Positions 18,778 through 26,700 of a stretch of 64,000 bases of DNA are shown here, piece after piece. Both the position numbers and the translations under genes were made by a program. Under the pieces are notes generated by a model that worked only from the letters and a program-made list of their open reading frames with translations, ran no database searches and was not told the DNA's origin. Positions within the stretch are counted from its first letter, which is position 1; the number at the start of each line of letters is the position of its first letter. Source of the DNA: an uncultured virus (IMG/VR IMGVR_UViG_3300028394_000074) (Duplodnaviria; Heunggongvirae; Uroviricota; Caudoviricetes); the IMG/VR virus record IMGVR_UViG_3300028394_000074, positions 1 to 64,000 of that record, one strand, 5' to 3'.

Positions 18778-19017
18778 ATGGAAAATAGATCAATCTCAAG
18801 CATTGCGAGAGATATTAAAAGTGTATGGATTAAACCATATTTCGGAGCAAAACCATATTTAGATGCAATGACTCAATTGCATAGCATCAATGACAAGTTT
18901 TATGAAGATAGTGCAAGCTCAGTAGTAATGTATTTTTTGGCTAATGCCAGCACTTTTAGAGGCAATGATGCCAAGGTATTAAAACTTGAATTAAAAAACT
19001 TATTGAAAGGCAATTAA
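18778..19017 (+). CDS. Conserved phage early protein
   Basis: IARDI...W..PYFGAKPYLDAM...YFLANASTFRG motif recalled from diverse phages. Confidence 0.6.
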   Translation: MENRSISSIARDIKSVWIKPYFGAKPYLDAMTQLHSINDKFYEDSASSVVMYFLANASTFRGNDAKVLKLELKNLLKGN

Positions 19018-19019
19018 TT

Positions 19020-19199
19020 ATGACAATGGATAGCTATCAAGCAGTAGGATTGGCAGAGGGTTTTATTGAGGCAGAAAGTGAAGAGCAAGTACTGGAGGCA
19101 TGGCAGTACTTGCACGACACTAGATTGGGTTATGGTTTGCAAGGGTTTTTTGGTCGAACTATTCGACAATTATTAGAAGAGGGTTTAATTAACCCATAG
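19020..19199 (+). CDS. Small conserved phage protein, 59 aa (not in ORF track)
   Basis: EAWQYL.DT.LGY.LQGFFGRT...L.EG motif. Confidence 0.55.
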   Translation: MTMDSYQAVGLAEGFIEAESEEQVLEAWQYLHDTRLGYGLQGFFGRTIRQLLEEGLINP

Positions 19200-19314
19200 G
19201 CAGCCCCATAAGGGTAAACCCCTGGAATTTAGTTCTAAGGGTTTTCCCTGATTGTGTTGCAGTAAACAGTCAGTAGTATTGAATTGTAGTCAACCAAAAC
19301 AAAGGAGAATTTTT

Positions 19315-19608
19315 ATGGCAAATTGGAAATATCAAATCGATCTGTCAGATATCTTCAGCAAATTTAATGACGATGGTGAAATCACAACCGATGAACCCAT
19401 CCAAAAAATTGCAATGGATATCTATCATCGGTTTTCAAAATTTATGGATGCCCATCCCGATATGTTCGAGGATGATTATTCCACAGAAGACAATATCGAC
19501 AATTTAAAGTATTGCGATAATGTAGAAGAGATTGACACAATATTGTGTGAACTCTATGATTTTTGTGATGCAAATCGTATTTGGATAAACACTTGGGAGA
19601 TAGCATGA
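19315..19608 (+). CDS. Acidic early protein (MANWKYQ...)
   Basis: AGGAG SD; very Asp/Glu-rich. Confidence 0.6.
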   Translation: MANWKYQIDLSDIFSKFNDDGEITTDEPIQKIAMDIYHRFSKFMDAHPDMFEDDYSTEDNIDNLKYCDNVEEIDTILCELYDFCDANRIWINTWEIA

Positions 19609-20033
19609 ATTTTCAAATTAAAGCTTTTAAGCATTGGCAAACCGAAGATGGAGGTGGATATCAATTCAACCTTTATCTTGATGGCAAAAAGTTTGCATGG
19701 GTGCATAACGATGGCAATGGTGGAGGCATCGATATGACTTTTGCCGACTCAGATTTCAAAACCATATGGGATGACTATGTCAAATCATTAGGGCAATGGA
19801 AATCATCTTGGGGTGCAATTAATGGTCAAGAATTTTTTGATCATTCTGACGATACCGCAATTGGAATTTTGGTGGAAGAGTATGAGATGTCTAAGCATCG
19901 TAAAAAGGGCATTCTGTTTCGACTGACAGACGATAGTGAGAATTCATTCCGCACTATCAAAACCCAAGATATGGATTTGGCAGTTAAGCATTTAGATAAA
20001 ACCTTTGGCAAGGGCAAGTACGAACTTGTGTAA
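19605..20033 (+). CDS. Early hypothetical protein (MNFQIK...)
   Basis: ATGA coupling; NLYLDGKK.A.VHNDGNGG motif. Confidence 0.6.
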   Translation: MNFQIKAFKHWQTEDGGGYQFNLYLDGKKFAWVHNDGNGGGIDMTFADSDFKTIWDDYVKSLGQWKSSWGAINGQEFFDHSDDTAIGILVEEYEMSKHRKKGILFRLTDDSENSFRTIKTQDMDLAVKHLDKTFGKGKYELV

Positions 20034-20078
20034 TGTTGCCTAGTAAAGCATTCTGAGAGTGCTTTACTGGATCAATAT
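20033..20078 (+). promoter_or_regulatory. Long intergenic hairpin (RNase III-site-like)
   Basis: TAGTAAAGCATTC-tga-GAGTGCTTTACTG stem with extension and no T-tail. Confidence 0.45.
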
Positions 20079-20104
20079 TGATCACATAAATACAGGGAGT
20101 TGAG

Positions 20105-23100
20105 ATGACTAAAAAAATTAAAGTGCGTATCAGTACGCAATTTGATATCGAGGTATCGGAAGATTACCTTGAGAAAATGCGTAAGTATGATATCAAGTGG
20201 GAATTACTTGATAAGTGTTTTAAAAATAATCCTATGACAGTTAACCACGCAACAATGGAGGTATTGAGCGATGAAACAGTTTGAATGTTTTTGGGGTGAT
20301 GGGTATAGGGATGCCAGTAATAAATCCATCCTTGAATATCACGATGAAGGGTTTTTTAATAACTTCAGAGGGTATGAGGATGAGCATATTTACAAAATCC
20401 AAGATCTTGAAATTGGTGATGTTGCTGATTTAACTGAGATGACTGGGCAACATTGGGTGCGGAGGATGTCATGAAAAAATGGCAAATACAAGCATTGTTT
20501 TTTAATGAGGGATGGGAATGCCCCGAAGATGTTCCAACCTTGTACGATAGCAAGGAAGAGGCAGAACTTGAATTGCAAGATCACATCGAGTCGATGGCAT
20601 TGGCAGTCGAAGAGGGTTTTATGATTGATTACGATGCCCATGATTGGCGAGTTGCGGAAGTGGATGTACCGCAGCCCTAAAAGTAAATAGGGGTTTACCC
20701 TGGGGCCCGGAATCAGGGTAACTACCTATGTACTTTTGTTGTAGTACCAGTACAATTGAACTTTTACAAGGGAGGTGGTATGAAATTTAGTATTTCAATA
20801 GATATTTTAGATTGTGACATTGACGAAGTGATGGAATTGAACCATTGCACTAAGCAAGAGGCAATTGATCAAATCACCAATGTATTTTATTTAGGTTTAT
20901 CTTGCATTGATGGTATGTTACATCGTGTAACTGGCATTGATGGCACAGATTCTTATGTGGAGAAAACAGAATGATATACATTACTAAAACTGAAACATAC
21001 AATACTGGTGGTGGGTGCATGGTAGATATACTGACACTCTCAACTGGGAAAGTGCTTTGTATTTCCGATGAGTATGTGGGTTTGTACCATTCTATTGACG
21101 ATATGTTGGAAGACGATGGTACAAAATGCATCAATGGTTTTTGGATCAATGGAGAAACTGTATGATTAATGACCAATACTTAAACGCTTTGGATGATGCC
21201 ATTTTGACAATGTTGCACAATGACATCGAACCAACATCAGCATTAAAGCAATGTGCATCTGACAATGGCATTGCGTATGGTGAAGACATGGGCAAATTTA
21301 TTGAATGGGCAAGGGAGCAATTATGAAATTTCAGCAAGTATTAATTGACCAGTACATTGATTTTTTCAATAACTATTTGACGATTGCTAAGTACGCTGAA
21401 GATAATGGATTGTCCATCCAACAAGCCCAGACTGTAATCAGTTTGGGTAAACAGTTACATGGAATGCAGTTTATTGAAGATCATTTTCAATTTATTAAGG
21501 TGGGCTAATATGAAAGCAATCTTCGGAGCGTTTTATGACAGTCGCAATTTCTCATTCGAGGCATTTAGCGATGATCCAAGAAAAGCAAAGGCAACCCTCA
21601 TCAAGGGTTTGCGGGATCATGGTAAAGAGTACAAGTGCGAACCTAACTGGTGGTACAAGGACGATGTATATGTAGTCGAGTACCAATTAAACATTCCCTA
21701 TAGAGATAAGGACACAATATGAAATACTACAACATTGACGATTTGTTTTTCTCAGTCAACGATATTTATACCCAGTTTGATGAGGGAAAAATCCCTCTTG
21801 CAAACGCTCAAGAAATATTAGTAAGATGTTGCAAAGCTTTTATCCAATTTAACGACAAGGTAACCGATGAAAAAAACTAATTACGATAAAGCAGTAGAGA
21901 TTTACAACCAAGGTGGGCAGTACGCAGTCTATGATGCAGTCGAGGCTGGCATTCTCAAGGCTGACTCAATGCGTGACTGTGCTCCATGTGAGGACAGAAC
22001 CCCACACGATGGTGATTGTTGCCTTGTTTGTGGCACAGACAACCCTCCGCAGCCCGACCAAAACCAGGATCTGAACCACTCAATTTACTTTGAGAGAGCC
22101 GATACTTTGTGGGAGTGGCTTGAGGAAAACCAATTAACCGACCCAGTAACATTAACCATTCACTTAGGAGCAAAGAAATGAAAATTAAACCAATAATGAT
22201 CGAGCATTGGATTGGTAGTGATCACCAAAATATTCAAGAATATCTTCAGTTGTTGACCGAACTGGTCAATGGTGAGTATAGTGTTGAAGAGTTTAAAGCT
22301 GACATCATGGATTTATGGGAGGGAACAGTATGAACCCAAATGATTACCCGCAAGGCAATGGCATGAAGTTGGTGCTTGTCATCACAGCCGATGATCCAGT
22401 ATCATTGGATGAGGGTTTGCGTAATGCCCTTAAAGATATGCAGTTTGGTGTACAGTCAACAAAACAAGCATCAGATGATTATTTTTATGCGTTTGAAATA
22501 CTTAATCGTAAAAAGGAGACAGTATGAACTGGGAACAACAATTCGTGGAAAGCTTTATTACCAAGTTGGTAAATCCTAAACCGCAACCCATCGAGATTAA
22601 GATGCATACTACAATCTACTGGGAAGTGCCAGAGGGTCGTGATCCAGAAGAGTATATGCAAGAACTTTCAGAGATGTCTAAATTAGATGCTCTGGCAAAA
22701 GCCACCGACTTTGGTGACGATCAATTAGAAGTTAATGGGGAGTATTGATATGATGGACTATTTAACCCTTTGGCAAAAAGGTAGCGAGTATTTTGATGAG
22801 TGGATTGGCGATTCCACTATGACTTATACCGAAGAGGACAGAATGTTATTTGTAGCTGGTTTTATTAAAGGCTATTTACATTTAAACCAATTGGAGATCA
22901 ATTATGCCTAACTGGGAACAACAATTCGTGGAAAGCTTTATTGCCAAACTGGTAAACCCAAGAGAAAAGCATCGATTGGAGCAAGTATCAGAGCAAGGTT
23001 ATAAGGTGATCGATACCAGCACCAACGAGTGCTTGTGGGATATTCGCAATGGGTGTAATGTATTTACCTTGGAAGAGGCAGAACAATTTATAAAGGAACA

Positions 23101-23588
23101 AATATGAAATACTTTGTACACTTAGAAATGACCTTTTGTGCAATCATAGATGATGCACAATCGCTTGAAGAGGCAAAAGAAATTGTTGAATCAATGTATG
23201 TTAATGATGAAATGTTTGATACTAAATATGACACTCATTATGAGTGGGATATACTAGATGATAAATCTTATGAGTTTGAAGACGAAGAGGAGGTAGCATA
23301 ATGGGTAATATGTACGATGGATGGCTTGAATCCGGAATTCAAGATGGCTACGATGACCAAGATCAAAGGGCAGAGGAGATTGCTTACTGGGTCGAGCAAG
23401 ATATTAAACCCGATGGCAGATGCTACCCATTTTCAGCACCAAACTGGGCAGAGGCAATCTCTCAGTTAGGGCTGGCTGAAGAGCTCCAAGATATCGATCC
23501 AGTAACCGCAGCCCAAGAGTTGCGTGACAAAGTGGTAGCCTATTGGTATGATGTAGCTGAGTATATCAATGAGCGAGACTGTGTATGA
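20105..23588 (+). other. Cluster of about 17 tightly packed small, mostly acidic early genes
   Basis: Examples: 20105-20284, 20271-20474, 20971-21165, 21867-22181, 22524-22748, 22904-23107, 23104-23301, 23301-23588; overlapping stop/start junctions and SD sites. Confidence 0.65.
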
Positions 23589-23875
23589 TCTTAAAAACCC
23601 TTACTGTTGCGTTCATCCTAACTTCATTCCATCCAGCACAAGCTGACGAGTACTTTGCTTTTGCTCCCAACACAATTGGTGGGTGGACGATGCTGACCGA
23701 GAACCCATGTCGGTACGACAAGCACCTACCCGAGGCATACGCAACCAACCAAAAGAATGAAAAGGCTTATGGGTGTTACTGGTTTGGGAATAAGGTGATT
23801 TACTTTCGAGATTCCCAAGGCAATGTGCGTTACATGGAAAAGAAAGATTTTATACTACGCAGAAATATGCTATAA
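23585..23875 (+). CDS. Exported protein with signal peptide
   Basis: MILKTLTVAFILTSFHPAQA-D resembles an SPase I signal; two Cys. Confidence 0.55.
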   Translation: MILKTLTVAFILTSFHPAQADEYFAFAPNTIGGWTMLTENPCRYDKHLPEAYATNQKNEKAYGCYWFGNKVIYFRDSQGNVRYMEKKDFILRRNML

Positions 23876-23876
23876 T
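23868..23876 (+). promoter_or_regulatory. Host sigma70 extended -10 promoter for the sigma gene
   Basis: TGcTATAAT upstream of GGAG SD and TTG start at 23909. Confidence 0.5.
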
Positions 23877-23908
23877 GGGTGACCCCCAATCCAATTGGAG
23901 ATTCCCTA

Positions 23909-24484
23909 TTGAAAACCCGCAAAAATGCGTTGACTGATTATATGCAGTCGTTGTACAAGATCCCCACGCTGACCCTTGAGGAAGAGGCAAAGCTGGGGAT
24001 TCTGATCGCTCAAGGTGACGAGGCAGCCCTCGATAGATTAGTAACTCACAACCTACGCTTTGTAGTTTCAGTCATTAAAAAGATGCCGAACTGGGCGCAT
24101 TCCAATATGCCCATGGAAGACCTTTTATCATTCGGCAACGAGGCTTTGCTCAATGCAGCCCGATCCTGGAAACCGATGGGCAAAATCCGGTTTGCCTCCT
24201 ATGCCAAGAAATTCATACACTTCGATGTCAACCGGGGTGTTGCCAATACCAAGAACATTATTCGACTGCCAGTAAACATTACTGAAGAGATCCGAAGAAT
24301 CAAATATACCGAGCGCGTGCTGAGTCAAACCCTCCAGCGTGAGCCGACCGACACAGAACTGGCCGACAGGCTGGGAGTGTCAACCACGCGCATTGCATAC
24401 ATTAATTCCATAATCAGTAAAGAGCCAGTAAGCTTAGAGATATTTAATTCCGAACATTTAGAACAAGAAGGATACGATGACTGA
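23909..24484 (+). CDS. Sigma70-family sigma factor, regions 1.2-2-3 only (no region 4)
   Basis: YMQSL..IPTLTLEEEAKL, LVTHNLRFVVSVIKK, EDLLSFGNEALL, RFASYA, IIRLPVN, LQREPTDTELA; ends just after EPVSLE. Confidence 0.85.
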   Translation: MKTRKNALTDYMQSLYKIPTLTLEEEAKLGILIAQGDEAALDRLVTHNLRFVVSVIKKMPNWAHSNMPMEDLLSFGNEALLNAARSWKPMGKIRFASYAKKFIHFDVNRGVANTKNIIRLPVNITEEIRRIKYTERVLSQTLQREPTDTELADRLGVSTTRIAYINSIISKEPVSLEIFNSEHLEQEGYDD

Positions 24485-24812
24485 AGAACAGATTCGAGCT
24501 TATAATAGATTTATTCGTGCTCGTGATAGAGTCAAACTAGTAAAAACCAAAGAGAACTTTAAAAATGCTTATATTCCTCATCGTGATTTTATTGATAGTA
24601 TACATATCAATGGATTGAACCATCCGCTTTTTGTGGTGAACGATGAGTGGATTGAATACAAAGAGGCATCATCAGCATGGTGGGCGATTGAACCCAGATA
24701 CCGCCATGAAGAACGCTTAAGGGCAACCCGAGGCGATTATGGAGATTCAGATAACTGGGATGAACCAAATGAAGTTGAAACATTAGACACTTTCTTCAAG
24801 GAGGAGAAATGA
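24477..24812 (+). CDS. Hypothetical protein
   Basis: Overlaps both neighbouring genes. Confidence 0.6.
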   Translation: MTEEQIRAYNRFIRARDRVKLVKTKENFKNAYIPHRDFIDSIHINGLNHPLFVVNDEWIEYKEASSAWWAIEPRYRHEERLRATRGDYGDSDNWDEPNEVETLDTFFKEEK

Positions 24813-26185
24813 AATACTTATCAGTATGCTCTGGAGTTGAGGCTGCCACAGTAGCATGGCATGACTTGGGCTTTGAGCCAGTAGCATTCTCGGAGATTGA
24901 AAAATTTCCGAGTGAGGTGTTGAACTTTCGTTACCCCAATGTACCAAACATGGGTGACATGACTAAATATAAGGAGTGGAAATTAAATGAATCAATCGAC
25001 CTTCTTGTGGGAGGAACCCCATGCCAATCTTTTAGCGTCGCAGGGCTTAGAAAGGGACTCGAAGACCCTCGAGGAAACCTCATGCTCACATATGTTGGAA
25101 TTCTTGACAAGTTTAGACCCAAGTGGTGCGTTTGGGAAAACGTGCCAGGTGTCCTCAGTTCCAACGGAGGACGGGATTTTGGTTCCTTCCTCGGGGCGCT
25201 GGGCGAACTCGGGTATGGGTGGGCCTTCCGTGTCCTTGATGCTCAGCACTTTGGAGTACCACAAAGACGCCGCAGAGTCTTCGTTGTTGGATGTCTTGGA
25301 GACTGGGTCAGTCCCGCAAAGGTTCTTTTTGAGCCCGAAAGCTTGCGCCGGAATAATCCGAAGAGCAAAGGTAAGAAACAAAGTGCTCCCGCCTTTACTT
25401 CATCAAGCTTTGGAGGCTACAGTGAAGGAGTCGGGACAATCCGAGCTGCTGGAGGAGATCTCGGTGGCGGATCAGAAACTCTGATTGCTACACCCGATGG
25501 TAACCACACCACTGGCTCACTACTTGCCAGAGATTACAAAGGGATTGGAAATCAAGATTTAACCGATGGTCGTGGATTGGTTGTGTATGAAAACCATCCA
25601 TCGGATTCAAGAGTTAAAGAGATGGGTGATGTATGTCAAACTGTGACTAGTAGCTGGGGAACTGGTGGTGGCAACATACCATTTGTTCAACCGATTGCGT
25701 TAGCTGAGAACACCATTGGTCGCAAACCATTAAATGGTGGTAATGGAACTGGTTATACCGAAGGTGGACCTATGTACACATTGAACGCTACTGGGGTACA
25801 TGGTGTTGCAGTTGATATGTACAACCTTACATTGAATGACAAGACTACTCAAACCCTTAGAGGTTTTGGACACATTGACCATGTAGGTGGAACTTTTGAG
25901 CCCATTGTGTTGGAAGATCAAGGTGGTAGCGTGATGCGTGTTACCAATAGTGGCGTTGTAGGTACATTGCGCAGAGAATCACATGGGCATGAACCTAGCG
26001 TTATACACAACATGGCAGTCAGAAGGCTTACACCGATTGAATGCGAGCGTTTACAGGGTTTTCCCGATGACTACACTAACATCAAAGCAAAATGTCCCGA
26101 TGGGCCTCGTTACAAGGCTATGGGCAACAGCATGGCAGTACCGGTTATGAAGTGGATTGGACAACGAATAAAGGAAATGTCATGA
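24809..26185 (+). CDS. C5 cytosine DNA methyltransferase with a long modular variable region
   Basis: Motif I CSGVE, IV GGTPCQSFS, VI ENVPG, VIII PQRRRRVF, then RRLTPIECERLQGFPD and YKAMGNS. Confidence 0.92.
   Translation: MKYLSVCSGVEAATVAWHDLGFEPVAFSEIEKFPSEVLNFRYPNVPNMGDMTKYKEWKLNESIDLLVGGTPCQSFSVAGLRKGLEDPRGNLMLTYVGILDKFRPKWCVWENVPGVLSSNGGRDFGSFLGALGELGYGWAFRVLDAQHFGVPQRRRRVFVVGCLGDWVSPAKVLFEPESLRRNNPKSKGKKQSAPAFTSSSFGGYSEGVGTIRAAGGDLGGGSETLIATPDGNHTTGSLLARDYKGIGNQDLTDGRGLVVYENHPSDSRVKEMGDVCQTVTSSWGTGGGNIPFVQPIALAENTIGRKPLNGGNGTGYTEGGPMYTLNATGVHGVAVDMYNLTLNDKTTQTLRGFGHIDHVGGTFEPIVLEDQGGSVMRVTNSGVVGTLRRESHGHEPSVIHNMAVRRLTPIECERLQGFPDDYTNIKAKCPDGPRYKAMGNSMAVPVMKWIGQRIKEMS
24987..25484 (+). 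CDS. Overprinted methyltransferase beta-like subunit in an alternative frame
   Basis: SSLLDVLE..VPQRFFLSPKACAGIIRRA..R.K.LPPLL..AL; AAGGAG SD upstream; layout like the M.EcoHK31I beta subunit. Confidence 0.65.
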   Translation: MNQSTFLWEEPHANLLASQGLERDSKTLEETSCSHMLEFLTSLDPSGAFGKTCQVSSVPTEDGILVPSSGRWANSGMGGPSVSLMLSTLEYHKDAAESSLLDVLETGSVPQRFFLSPKACAGIIRRAKVRNKVLPPLLHQALEATVKESGQSELLEEISVADQKL

Positions 26186-26376
26186 TAGTAATACCATCGG
26201 ATGTATACGACAAGGATGGCAATCTATTGAGGATTGAATTTTACAACGAATTGGGTTCGTTTGAGATTCAGTCGTTGTGGGATCCAGCGGATGAACAAAC
26301 CAGTGAAAACCGAAATGAATTTCGAAAATGGAGTTACACCATGGTCAAAAGGCAAAATTATGAAGTGGCTAACTAA
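26182..26376 (+). CDS. Hypothetical protein (MIVIPSD...)
   Basis: ATGA coupling with the MTase stop codon. Confidence 0.5.
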   Translation: MIVIPSDVYDKDGNLLRIEFYNELGSFEIQSLWDPADEQTSENRNEFRKWSYTMVKRQNYEVAN

Positions 26377-26391
26377 ATTGTTGCAGTGCAT

Positions 26392-26593
26392 CCTGTCTAC
26401 CCTGTCTCTATTGTGGCGCATCATAATATGCCAAAAGCACTAGATGTAGTGGTTGACTAGGTGCAAACCTACTGGAAATCCATAGAAGACATAGAAGACA
26501 TAGTAATATTGAATTATTTCTTTTTAAAATTAAAATAAAATAAAAAGATATAGGGTAAAGTGAGTTAGACCGTGGATACCCTGTCTTCTATGG
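26392..26593. repeat. Origin-like element B upstream of the primase-helicase
   Basis: 9-bp repeats (CATAGAAGA x2-3), AT core, TGGATACCCTGTCTTCTATGG shared with element A. Confidence 0.65.
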
Positions 26594-26666
26594 CGAATCA
26601 TAACTAAAAGTAATAAGCTATATAACTAAAAATTATATAGGTACACCACCAAAAGTGCCTATAATT

Positions 26667-26677
26667 TGCATAAGTAG
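26667..26677 (+). promoter_or_regulatory. Phage promoter, -10 element only (TGCATAAGTAG)
   Basis: Exact -10 motif with no GGGC at 17-nt spacing. Confidence 0.7.
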
Positions 26678-26700
26678 AAGAGCACAGAAGAGGAAAACAG

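Larger units (their letters stand above)
16677..20727. repeat. About 16 dispersed AGGG-N4/5-CCCT-type palindromes
   Basis: Copies at 16677, 16905, 16953, 17010, 17168, 18186, 18236, 18290, 18401, 18443, 18457, 18543, 19211, 19238, 20689, 20715; all intergenic. Confidence 0.8.
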
